From the NCBI GenBank assembly GCA_012295275.1, contig CM022672.1, positions 17,856,001-17,920,000 on the forward strand: a stretch of 64,000 nt of DNA. The letters run 5' to 3'. Positions 35,593 through 48,800 of this stretch are shown piece by piece. The position numbers were made by a program, and so were the translations under genes. A model generated the notes under the pieces. It did no database searches. It saw nothing but the letters and a program-made list of their open reading frames with translations, and was not told the DNA's origin. This DNA comes from Chrysomallon squamiferum (lineage: Eukaryota; Animalia; Mollusca). Position 1 is the stretch's first letter. The number at the start of each line of letters is the position of its first letter.

Positions 35593-36398
35593 TTTATAAT
35601 CTACATCTCGTTTGTTTATCGGGATTTGAACGAGATGTTGTTTTGAATTGGCTGCGGAACAGCGAAATATAAATACTAAAAATAGTCTAAATTATAAATA
35701 AATAAAAAAATACATCACATTACAGTTTAAAAGATTTTATAAACCATTAAAGAACAGGAAAAAAATCGAATTAAAATAAATAAATAAATAAATAAGCTAA
35801 TAAGTAAATCACAATAGAGAAACAAAAAAACACTCCAACCCAAAATTAATCTTCCAATTTGTGTTTGTGAGTGTGTGTTAGAGAGAGATATCTAGATTGC
35901 TGATTTAACAACATTAATAATCAGCAATAAGTATTTTTATTAAGTTATTTCATATTATTATTATTATTAGTAGTAGTAGTAGTTGTTGTTGTTGTACTAT
36001 ACATAATGATAATACACATAGATGATAGAACATCTATAAATATAGCAGTTATATCTAGATTAAACTATTAAAATAATATTTGATGAGAAAACAATATCTC
36101 ATTGGTGGAAAATTCTGGCGTGAAACTGAAGTAACAAACTATCGATTATATTTGTTTACATTCATTATAGTTATTTATTATTATAATCAAAAATGTTTTG
36201 TTGTGTTTTTGTTTTCATTTAATATTTTGCATTGACTCGAAACTGTTGGCCTTAAGATCATTTCGACATTTCATTTATTACGATAGTCGACTTCACGCTG
36301 GCGGGATATTTTAATACGTCCTTTATTTCAGTCACGTCTATATCTGGTATTTTTTAATTTATTTATTTTTTAAGTTCTAAAACTAGAAAATTTAAAAC
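35593..36398. promoter_or_regulatory. Bidirectional promoter region TNKS / GINS4
   Basis: Divergent ATGs 806 bp apart; local CpG enrichment; E2F-like GGCGGGA (36300-36306) and TGGCGTGAAA (36116-36125); DRE-like TATCGATT (36140-36147); CCAAT on minus at ~35647; YY1-like AAAATGGCG overlapping the TNKS ATG. Confidence 0.7.
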
Positions 36399-36485
36399 AT
36401 GTCTGAAATCGATCCGATTGAAGCAGAAGAAGATGAAGAAGAGATTGCCATGACTGCAGCTGAGGTTCTGGAAAAACTAGAAGAG
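36399..36485 (+). CDS. GINS4: GINS4 coding exon 1
   Basis: MSEIDPIEAEEDEEEIAMTAAEVLEKLEE; donor GAG|GTGACC. Confidence 0.9.
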
Positions 36486-39400
36486 GTGACCGTGAAGTAG
36501 ATAGTAGATACTAGATCTAGTAGATGTATTCAATATCGTAAACAAAGATTAAAAACTTGTGTAATTTTTAAAAATATACTATCATTTAATGACTTTAAAT
36601 GTAATATTGCAGTGGGTGTGACTGCAATATTCAAGTTGGGATCATTCAGAAGTTCTGGCGAATATTAAAAATGAGGTAAAATGGGTAGAAACCTAGTCAT
36701 GTGTTTTAGTGCCTTTTTAAGAATATTTAAGGAGTGAAATTAGAAGCGTGTGGGAACCTGTTTGATATTACCTCAATATTTATTTTAAAAGAGCTTAAGT
36801 ATAATTAAACTGGGCAGCACTATTTAATTCCATATTTTAATTCCTGGAGATCACTAACTCCTAAAATTAGATCAGATGGTGTGAGATGGTTAATGCTTGT
36901 TGATTTAATTGTTTTTGTTTTTTTTGTATTTATGTATAATTTTTTTTCATGTAGGCATGGTTAAATGAAAAGTTTGCACCAGAACTGTTGGAAGCAAAAA
37001 CTGATTTGGTAGAATGTATGTTTGGTCAGATAACTGCCATGGAAGAAAATATAAAACTGGCAAAGAAAGGAGACTTCAAAATAAGTGTACATCGAATGGA
37101 GGTAATGTAACTTGTTTTTAAAATAAGCTTGCTGTTATTATTAATTAGAGAAAAATATTAACTAGTTATTGGTTTTATTGATGTGTGTGTGTATGTGTCA
37201 AGATAATAGTAATACACAAAAACAGAAATAAACGTAAAACTGACTGACTTTTCATTTAATGTAATTTTTCTCTTTTTCAGCTTGATCGGATACGGTATAT
37301 TCTAAGCAGCTATTTAAGAATTCGTTTGAATAAGGTATTACAATTACACATCATAATTAAAAACAGAAAATATCTTCCTCAATACTGGTTATATAACAAA
37401 AGTTATATCCCTTTAGTAACAAATGAATTAATCTTCAAATAATTGTTCAAGTGTTCTAAATAAATTATTTGACATAATGGCTTATCCATTCTTATGTTTG
37501 ATTAATGATCAGAAACTTTTTATTATTCCAATAAAAAAAAAATGTTTGAATTTTTTATTTAGATTGAAAACTACACGTCACACATTTTGGAGAGAGAGGC
37601 AGAGAGATCCGATGAAGAAAATCCACTGTTGTCACCTGAAGAATTTATTTTTGCCAAAGAGTAAGTCATTATTTAGTAGAATTTTCATTTGGATGTTATT
37701 TACAGACTAAAGTTTATTTTTGTATCTTATATACATAAATTTGACATATGCATTTAATTTTTATTCATTTGTGTTATTGTTTTATGCTATAGTTGTAGTT
37801 ACTAATAAAATATAACAAAGTATTCACTTCAGATGGTTAACATTTTTGCCTTAAAAACAAAAAAAAAAAAAATCTGATAACTGAAAAAAAAAAAAAAAAA
37901 ATAGAAAAGAAAAAACAATTAATCATTGGATAACCTCAATCAGTGCCATTTAAGGTGATATATTGATGAAATTTGTACAATAAGAACTACTTTTAATTCT
38001 TTCCAAAACTAATGTGGCAGAGTTTGTCTCATGTTTTGAAATAATTAAATTCAAGAAATATAACAACAGTAATAATAAATCATATAGAACAATTGTATTA
38101 TTATTTTTATTAAATAATTTTAAAAATTTAAATTGATGCAAATTTTACTTCAGTGCCAACAGATAAAAAAACTGCATTAAAATTTAAATAGTTCAAATAT
38201 TTTATAGCTGTAATAAATGTCTTGCTTTTAAAATTTTATTTTTATTTCATTCATTTATTCTTGTTTTTTTTTTAAAGGTGTTTTTTTTAGTGTTTTTTGT
38301 TTCTTTATTAAATTTTTATATTGCTGTTATTATATTTAGTTTTGGTGTATTTTTCATTCCTAAAATTTAAATTTTATGATTTTCTGATTAATCTCAAAAG
38401 ATTAATTAATAAAATTTTTTTTTTTTTTTTTTTTAATTAATTTTTTTCTTTACCATCATTGTTTTCTTTTTATATATTTACAAATTGAATATTATACTGT
38501 TGTTATTTAAAAAAAAATTTAAATATACTAAAAACACTCAAAAGTATTATGTGAAGCTGATTTCTTTTTCTTTTTTTATCTTGTTATCATCATCATCATC
38601 AGAATTTTAATTTTATTTTTTAGATTTAATGACAGCATCGAGTCTCATTTTAACAACCTTGCATTGCGTCACATGCCATCAAATCTTCAAACACTAACTA
38701 AAGCTCAGAAAGGTAAGCTTTGTTTTTTTCGTTTCACACTTTTACACTTGAAATTTCTGGACTTGATCTACTAAAAAGAATTCAAATTCTGCAGTTTTCT
38801 TGCAGTTCATAAACTTTATAAACATGAAGAGAAATTAATATTTAAGAAACAAAAAGATTTTCATTCAATAATGTTTTTTTAGTTTTTTTTTTTTTTGTTG
38901 AGATTTTTGGTTGCTTACAATACTGATTCAGAAAATGAAGAGTTGTGTCCCTTACATAAAACAAATGATTGAAAAAAAAAAAGATTGACATCTCACATGA
39001 TTTTGTTTTATTCACAGATAATTATATATTTAAATTTTTTTTTTTTAAATCTGCTTAGATTTTCAAGAAAAGATTTTATAAATAAAAGAAAAAAATATCG
39101 CCCAAAAATTAAATTAACAACCAACTTAATTTTTTTAACATTGTTCAAATTTACTGTTCATATATACAAAACAGTTCGAATAAATATGTTGATTTAACAA
39201 GTTTGCATGTTAACTTAAAACAGTTATAAATGAAATCAAACATTTAAAAAAAAAAGAAACTGTTATTTATTTAAATCTAAACACAAATGGTTAGGTGCAG
39301 TTTAAAAGATTTATTGAAACTGGCTGGAAACAATTTTTGTCATCTGATGCTAAGTAGATAAAATGTACAGACATTTTTTGAAAGTTCATTTGAGGGTGCA

Positions 39401-42400
39401 TTTAAAAAAAAAAGGGAAAGCTGTAGTTGAGTTTTTAATGGTTTATGACAGCAACATTTCTGAAGTGAATGTGTATGGCCTGATCTTCTTTATGACCCCC
39501 TCATATAAATTGGTCATGAGCTAATAGAGAAAATTTCATGTCAGCTTAAAGTTAAACCTGTTTATTATCTCTCCGTGGATTTAGCTCTACAAATGTTTGT
39601 TCTTTCCTGTACTGTTAATGACCTTTGAATGTGGTCATTGCTTTGAAACGAGTTTATTTATCAGCTAGATTAACGTTATCAAAGTGTGTGGTCATATTAA
39701 TCACACCCAAAAAGTGCTGGTCAGAAGCAAGTGTACCTTAAAAAAAAAAAAAAAAAAAAAACTAAAAGATTTAAATGATTTTTACCTTTAAAAACCCCCA
39801 CAATAATTAAAAAACAAACAAACACATTTTAAATATTAAATGTATAATTTTTTGAAATAGTGAAATTTGAAAGAGGAATTGAAGATAATCTGTGAATTAT
39901 TGTTATAGATTGAGAAAAAGAATTGAACTATCAACCTGTCATACTTAAAATGAGATAAAGCACATTCTTATTTAACTGCTTTAAAATAAAGAATTCATAT
40001 TTGAAAACTGACTTGCAGTATTTGGTTTTTCAATCCACTATAATCACAACTAAGCATCTGCAACCATTATACTACTAGTTTATTGCAAAATGGTATGTTA
40101 TTTATGTGATATTTCAGTAAAAAAAAGTCTGCATTTTTCAAATTAACCGATACATATAAATTAATATTCTTTAAAAAAAATCATAGAATATTGCAAATGA
40201 GTGTCACAGATGTGCCTCTATCAAATTAGATATCAAATATTATTATACAGTATTTTTTAAATATATTTTCTTTTTTTTTTTTTTTTCAAATGTAGAAAAC
40301 TAATGTTTTTGCTGTTCATTAACATGGCTTACAGAGCAGTTTAAGATAAACATTTTTCTTTATTTTCATATATATATATTCACACTTCATCACAACACCC
40401 TCTGGTTATCAAATTAAATTGAAGAAATAGAAATCAAAAACAAAAAAAGATGAATATATTTTTGTTTCTTTTTCAACTTTCAGTAATGCGTCCTAACTTA
40501 AACAGCTATGTTTTTATACGGGTCAATGAAGATGCTGAAGGGGTTCTAGTTGAAGAAGAAACAATGGACACAGGGTAGATATATCTATATATATATCTAT
40601 TTTTTTTCTTTCTCATAAATATTAATACCTGTTTGCCTGTTGTGTATTGACATTGCAGCTACGTGCAGTTTGGATTGTAGTTTGTACGTGATTCTATGGG
40701 TGAATAATCATGCTGAAAGATGCTTGCGGAGAAAATGATATACACATATTGATTGTTGATGGTTTAAGTGAAAAGAACTGCAAAATCATGTTTTACTGAA
40801 ATGGAAAAAACTAGAAATCGTCAAAGGCAAATAATCATAATGTATATAAATATATGGTGTTTTTGTGAAAATTTAAAGCATAGAAATGTCACTCTTTATA
40901 GGAAGACATCTTTTTTCTTCTTTTTTTGTGAAAAGCTTATGTCATCTTTATTTTATTATTATATTATTTTTTTGTAGATGGAGTTAATGTCTTTAAGATT
41001 AATATTTTTATATGTAGTTAAATCTGTGTTTTCTTTCTGTAATGTGTTTATATCAATGTAAAACGTATTTGATGAATGAAAGAATATTTTGAAAGAATAA
41101 CCCTTAATGTTAAACTTACAGATTTTCTTCCACATGGTGTTCTCACATCTTTCTATGACTGCTGTTTTGAGTATTAATTTTTTTTTAAAGTGTAAAAGAA
41201 AATGTTGAAGAGATTTATAACAATCAGCTATATTAACTAAAAACTCTATGTAAACAACTTGTTTTCTCTTTGTTTGAAGGTCATTCATAAAAAAGAATGC
41301 ATGTAAAAAAATTATTTATTTATTATTAGATTTGCTATTTATATCCTAAGAGAAAATGTAATTTGAAAAAAAAAAACTCTCAACACTCATGAATCAGTTT
41401 CTAATATTTTATTATTAACCATTGTTCTTGTGTTTCATGACTGTGTTTTCTGTCACAAAATGCAACGGCAGCTAAAATCTTCGTGACCAGAAGTTTCTCA
41501 TTTTGATTCGACCGGATGTAATATCCGCAGACATTTACTGTTCATGTGTGACATATATATATTTGTATGTATGTTACAACTGAGTCCAGGAAGCCAGCAG
41601 AAAGACCACGACACATGTGACGGGCTAATACAGTGGTAGTACACTGCTATTATTAACAAAAACTGATCAGCTGTTACTACTTATACAAAACATGATACAG
41701 ACAGTCACAAGTCATTCACCTTTCTACCTGCTGGAACAATGCCAGCCTGTTTACGTATAGTCATAGTACCTAACTGCCCATGAAATTATTTCTGTTTTTT
41801 TTTTTGATAATTTAATAATTTAACCTGTTGACAACAAGGTTTTGTTTATTTTTGTTAAAGATGTTGTACTGGAGAATCTGAATTTTTTTTTTTTTTTTTT
41901 CAGTAGTTAACAGTGCACAGGGTCAGTGCCAAAAAACTGCTTTAAATAACTGGTGTACACTTTCTAACAATGTTTTGAGTTGGTGTCCACTTATCAGTAA
42001 AAATAACAAAATGTGTGATATGAAGAGGCAGGCATTTTCTTGTTTTCTTTGTTTCTTTTTCTTATTATTTTTTTTTTTTTTTTTTTTTCGTAACAGCATC
42101 TGGTAAAATATAGCTATAGACAGAATCACAGATGATTCTGTTCTTGTGCAATACTTTACTCAGTCTAATAGGGTTTTTTCTTGTTTTCTTTCTTTCTTCG
42201 TTTTCGTTCACCCACAGTTTTTATCTTATTTTCTTCTATAGACAGAATCACAGATGATTCTGCTCTTGTGCAATACTTTACTCAGTCTAACAGGGTTTTT
42301 TCTTGTTTTCTTTCTTTCTTCTTTTTCTTTCACCCACAGTTTTTCCTCTTTTTTCCTTCTTTTTTTTTTTCCTTTGTTCTAATAATTGCTAAGAAAGGAC

Positions 42401-42847
42401 TTAATAATGAAGACTTGTTATTTTATTGTTATTCTTTTTATTATTAGCAAAATTTGTTTGTCAGAAAAAAGTATTTTTCTGCCATCAAATTTATTTTGTT
42501 GTATTTTTTACTTTTATTACTGGTATTGTTATACAATTGTTATTATTATTCCACCCATCGTTTGTACAAAATGGTGAGTCAGGAAGTTGTTGTCAACGTG
42601 TCAATCTTTGATTGAAATTTGTTATTTGTTTGACCTCACTGTTGGGCGGTTATTTTAGTTTGGTACTGAAAGACTCCTGTTTTGCATAAACTATGCAGAT
42701 TTCTCATGTTTTCTTTCCAGTTGTCATGCCAATGTAAATAAAAGCCATATTTGAAAAATAAAAATAAAAATTTTTTTTTTTTTTTTTTTAACCAATCCTT
42801 AAAATATAATTCATTGTGTAAATACACACATAACAAATTTTATATTA

Positions 42848-42901
<54 letters not shown>

Positions 42902-44358
42902 GAGAACTGAAATGTTTAGCTTTTAATTTAATTTTTTTTTAAACTTTTGGCAGAATAAACAAAATCAGTTCTCAAGTATCAGTACTGTCAAAAATTACAA
43001 GAAACTATTTTAAAGGAGTTTTAATTTAAAATAAAATTAAAATTAATAATAATAATAAACACTATTAAAAATAATAAAACATTTATATATATGTATATGT
43101 ATTGAAAAACATTACGTATTTACTTACCTCCCTTATATAATATCAAAAAATTATCTTTTGAAATAGTCACATTTAATTTTAATGTTAATGTCTTCTAGTG
43201 ACATACTTTAAAGTCAAGGAAGTAAAACTTATGAGATATAAATTTGTTGTCACATAATAAACACCCAGTTAATAATGATTCTCATAACTGGAAGTTGAGA
43301 AGATTTTTGAGAAGGAGTATTAATAATAATAATAATAATAATAAAACTGGCATATAACTAGGTTATCCATTTATTTATTTTATTTTGCTTTTAGAAAGAA
43401 AGTATGCATAATCATAATTTCAATATATTTAGTCTTAGTGTCTGGTTTTGCCTTGGTCACTTGCCCATGATTAGTAATAAATCTGATAAATGATAGTTGC
43501 AGGTGTATCATATATTTGTTATAGATTGTGAAACCCAGCAACTAGTCTGCTACTTTCTTAAAACAAGTTTTATTAGGATCTGTAGTTGGTCAAAATAATG
43601 GAGTTTCACTGTAATTTCTTAGTTGCCACATTCTAAAAAAACTTATCTTTTTCACTTTTTAACCTTTACATATCTTTAGGAAATCAGTAGAAAAAGGAGA
43701 ACATCAGACTTGAGGCATAGTTACATGATATACTTGATTTTCATACTTCACTGTAAATAAAACAACCTGCAAGTCTAGTAAACAATAGTTAGACAATATG
43801 TGTATACTAGGAAAGCTACACTTTTAAAAACAGGAAAGAGACCTTATTGACTGTTCTAAGCATCTGCTTCAGAGATGCTTTCGTGGATTATATGGGAGTA
43901 ACTTAAGATGGCTAAATCTGTATGTTGTGTTTGATGTACGTGATTATTAGAGGACATTACAGTTCAAGGCCTTGTATTTTTATTTTTATTTTTTCTTTGC
44001 CCCAGCTCTTTATCTAGCACACACAGACCCAGTTCCAACAAGCCCTGTAACATGAAGCTTTTATTTTTTTACACTTTTCTTTTTTTTTCCTTCTCTCCCG
44101 TCTGTTTCCAAAATAACATTCATTTCACAGCTATCAGTGTTCCCAAGTCTCCTTGCATCAGTATATATATGCAACACTTACACATGAAAATCATTTTATT
44201 CAACAAGTGGCTTTATTTAAGAACAATTCACAGTTTCATAGGTGTGCCATCCGGTACATTACATGTGAAAAATAATTCTCTTTTTTTATATACCCTCTCT
44301 GGGTCTTTTAATTTTTTTAAAATTTTTTTTTTTTTAATTTTTTTTTTTTTGGTGTTTT

Positions 44359-44400
<42 letters not shown>

Positions 44401-45561
44401 TTGTTTGCTTTTCTTGCTTTTTTTTTTTTTTTTTTTTTTTCTCTATGGAGGTCAAGGTAGGTGAGAGTGCAGAAATGTCAAACATTATTGTCTGCTGCTA
44501 TAATGTAATAAGAGCTCCAGAATATTTCGTTACTCTAAAAATACACCCAGCTGTGAGCTCACTGTGGAACTTCAACTTAGTGACAGGAACACTCTTCCTT
44601 ATTGCACTTAGTAGGCTTTTTCCCCCACTCCAGCCAGCAGTTAATATATCCGTAGATGCAGTTTCTTGCTTGTGAAAATGTTCCTGCAGCACATACCATA
44701 CTGCTGTCTGCTAATATTTACAAATAGTCACTGAACACATACGCTGTGAAACATACTTTGATTGCAGTTAAGTGCAAAAGGTGCAGTGCTAACGTCACAT
44801 GTGGCAACATGATAAATCTTCAGTATTCACATTGGGCTGCTGTTCTGTTTACAGGAAGATGGTTATTAAAAATTACTTTTCTTGCTAATGGAAATTAATC
44901 CAGGCTTCTCTTTGTTATGTGTTAAATCATAAAATATGATGCCACATAGCCATATATTAAAACACATGTTGAGTTTGTCATTAAGTTAATAATTTCTTCC
45001 TTCCTTAAGTGATAAGAAATAGTGTGATTACAGTTGCAGGTTTAATAATTTAATTTAGAGAGTGTGAGAATTTTTTTTTTTTTTTTTTTATTGTAAGAAA
45101 AGGAAGAAGAAGAAGACATCTTCTTTGTAGATACAGTAATTTAATTCATGAAGTGACAGAGAAATTAAACCAGCTGAAGAAACCAGTAAACATAAGTCTT
45201 GTAAATAAAAAGACTTCAATAACTTAAACAGATATATCATGTGCCAAGGTGAATTTCTAATCAAACCAATCCCTCTTGAAAAAAAAAAAAAAAAAATAAT
45301 TAATGGACATGTTTTTCTGCTTACGCTTGCTATTTTTTTGTTATTGTGCCCATTTATCATTATCACACTTGCGTGTGTTTGTCTGTGTTTGCTTGTCTGT
45401 GTGTACATATAACAGTGTTTGCCAAGAAAGTCTGGCAGTAAAGAGCAAGATTTGAAGGTGTGGGATTAAAACTGGTCTTTTAATAAATGCCTCACAGGTT
45501 TGACATTTAATCTTAAGGTCATGACCTGAATCAGGTGTAGTGAAGCAATCTCAAGGTCAAA

Positions 45562-45602
<41 letters not shown>

Positions 45603-45784
45603 CTGAATGGATTGGTTTTTGCAAAGAGTCTACCATGTCACCCTGTCTCCTATCTAGATTAACTAGGGATTAGTGTTATCTGGTTAATTGGATGATTGAT
45701 GGGATGGTGCACTTGGTGTACTTCGTGTGAATGGTCACAGTGGTGGAACTTTGCCAAAATGAAACAAAGAGGGGGTAAAACAAT

Positions 45785-45818
<34 letters not shown>

Positions 45819-48800
45819 ATATGTAACAATAGTTATATAATATTTTTGAATATTCTTATGGAGATGGTTTTAATTCTGATGGGATGTACATGACTTTTTC
45901 TACAGCATTCATTTATATTGGTAATGGACATTCTTGTATTCTTCATTACTATTGTCCAACCAGTTAATAGATTTTTACGAGTATCACATGGTATTAAATA
46001 ATTCATCAGAGATTTCTAGTGGTTTAGGTTATTGTTGTAGTTAACATTAATTAGGATAGCTTTCATTTACTGCAGTGTTGGCTTTCATTAGAGAGGCTAT
46101 TTCCCATTCTAGTTTGTATGTTAAGACTTCAATACCATGCCCCACAGCCTGTTTTTGTGTCTTGGTTATGGCCATGTGAAAGATATACTGCTAACTGATA
46201 AGAGTTTGTGACATTGCCATTGATTTCACCTACATATGTTTTAAATGCAATAAATTTGTTCAACACCTAATAACAGTTTACAATAAATTGTGTTAAAGTG
46301 TTATTAAATATTCATTAATTCACTTACTGACTGAAATGTCTGTACCTTAAATCTTGATTTTTATTTATGTTATTATATATGGTGTATCAGACCTGTATTC
46401 TTATCAGCATTAAAGATGTACATTTATATGAGCTGTGTAAATCATCCAAGACTGCTTGCTTTTCATCTCAATTACTGAATTAGCAAACTTTTGATGTAGT
46501 TTTGAAAAAATTAGATTGGTGTGAGGATATTTGATTTTAACATAAGCATTTGCATGACTGTGTTATCTTATTGCTGATATAAAAGATATAAAATAATTTA
46601 TTAAATTTACACTATCATTTACAGGACATTTTGGTATTGAAAACCTTGATTGAAATTGCTAAAAAAAAAAAAAAAAAAAAAAAATGCTGATTAAGAAAAT
46701 AATAATAATAATAATAAAAATATAAAAGTATGTATATAATTTTAATTGTGATTGTTTTAGAAACATTTTATTTAAAGCTACAGGAATTTATTTATTTATT
46801 TAATTATTTGGTGTAATTTCTTTTTAATTTGACATTCATTGGACATAATTTTAATCACTCAGTCTTCCATTGTCTAATGTTCCAGCATCAGCTACTACTA
46901 CCTGAATATTTCCCAATTCCAGAGATGGTTTCACAGCATCACTAGAATATACATATGAAACAAATAAAAAAAAATTAAAAATGAAGAAAAAAAAGACTTT
47001 TGAAATATCTGTTGATGGTGACATAAAGCTGATGTCTTAAATATTGATCCCAAAATGTTGCTGTGGTTGTAGTTCCAGTGTTTGCGTTAGTGAAAAGTAT
47101 ACATAAAGCGATGTTTGGATCGACAGGTATTTCTCTCATACGTTAACAGTTTCTTTTATCACTCTGCGCTTAATTTGTGCCACCAATCACAAAGTCAAAC
47201 ACAGTTTTGTCTTTGAACTGTGTTGGTGACACAGGCCACATCCTCTGCAAATTTACTCTAGATTACAGACATTTACTTTTCTCAGTGGCCGGTACACTGG
47301 TCAAACATCCACGTTAAGACTTGAAAATGTTTAGCATGTTCGGAGATATCTTCATGTAGATAAAGTTTTTGCATGTCATAGTTACTTCTCCATCGCTGTT
47401 TGGTCACCACTTTGTCCTTTTGTTTGTCTTGAACTTGATGCCTCACTGGTCATCCTGTTTAACCTGATAATTCACCTGGTCATCTCGTTTGACCTTGTTT
47501 CACTTGGTCATCTCATTTGACCTGTACGAAGTGTCAGGTATGAAATGAACCTACTAGAAATAGTTAATAGGTCTTTCTTTATTAAATCAGTTAGAAGAGA
47601 ACTGAATTCTCACATTAATAATGGTGGTTCAGTTCCTATTTGGGGAGGTCAAGTCAAATTATTACATAAGGAATGGTTTGCAATGGAAAACAGTTGTTAA
47701 ATCATTTGCCTGGGGTCACAAAAACATGATTTGTTAATTCTCATTTTTAAATGTTTTTTATTATTTTTTTTTACCTCTATCAACCAAATCGGTATAGACA
47801 CACAAAGAAAGTTCATTACTGATATAATACAGAACTATTATGATTAAGTTTCCATTTTAATGTGATTACTTAATCTATAACAAATAAATAGCTCCCTATT
47901 GTCTGGTTGTATAGAAACTTTCCTTTGTAACTTTAACCGTTAGAGAGAAGCCATTATCAGTGAAAATGAAATAAGAATGATTAATATTATTCAAATGTGT
48001 TCACCGAAACGGTAAAGTGAATTCATAATTAATTACGTTTATCACATCTGTAGTTTATATTCCTTTTGATTTGAATAAAGTGAAAACCTATATGCTCGAT
48101 AACACTTGTTACAAATGAGTTTACACATAACATAAAAACAGAAACAGGATAATGATTTCTCAGTTCGCATAAATAGTAGAAAGCAATCACCAACAGTGAT
48201 ATAATTTTGTATAATGCAGAAACTAATCACCTAATTTTATTTTTAATAAACAAAATTCTGAAATTTGTTCAAATATTAGGTTGTTGGTCCATAATGTTTA
48301 AGTGTGTGTTAAACACACATATGCACATAAACACACACTGGACACATCACACATTATAATAATTAAGGAAAGGTCAGATCTTTTTAGAAAACTATGTAGC
48401 TGAAGTAGACCCACGTGGCTTGTCTCAGTTAAATGTGCTTTCTGGAGCTGAGACAGATGTGTGTTTGACAGATTTCAAGTTCATTCTCCTGCGTGGCAGG
48501 TAAAACATTACTTCATGTTTTACAAGCTGACATTGTTAAATTGTAATTGCACGCAAAACAAGGAAAAACAAAACCTGTCCAAGCCAGAAAAGAAAAAAAA
48601 ATTAAAAAAAATTAATTATTTTGTTTAAAAAATTGGTTTCATTTACTATCTTTCTTCTCTCTTTTTTTTTCTTTTTTTTTAAAAAAAGTTTCGTTTAAAT
48701 TTTTTTTAGGTATTTATTTATTTTTTATTTTTACTTTTTTTTTTTTTTATCATTGACTTACATATTGTATAACAACCATGTACAGCAGTTATGCATGCTG

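Noticed and set aside
44052-44692. 207-aa, 85-aa and 64-aa ORFs in GINS4 intron 6 as a nested gene
   Set aside because: Driven by poly-T/A tracts; no recognisable domain or coherent splice chain.
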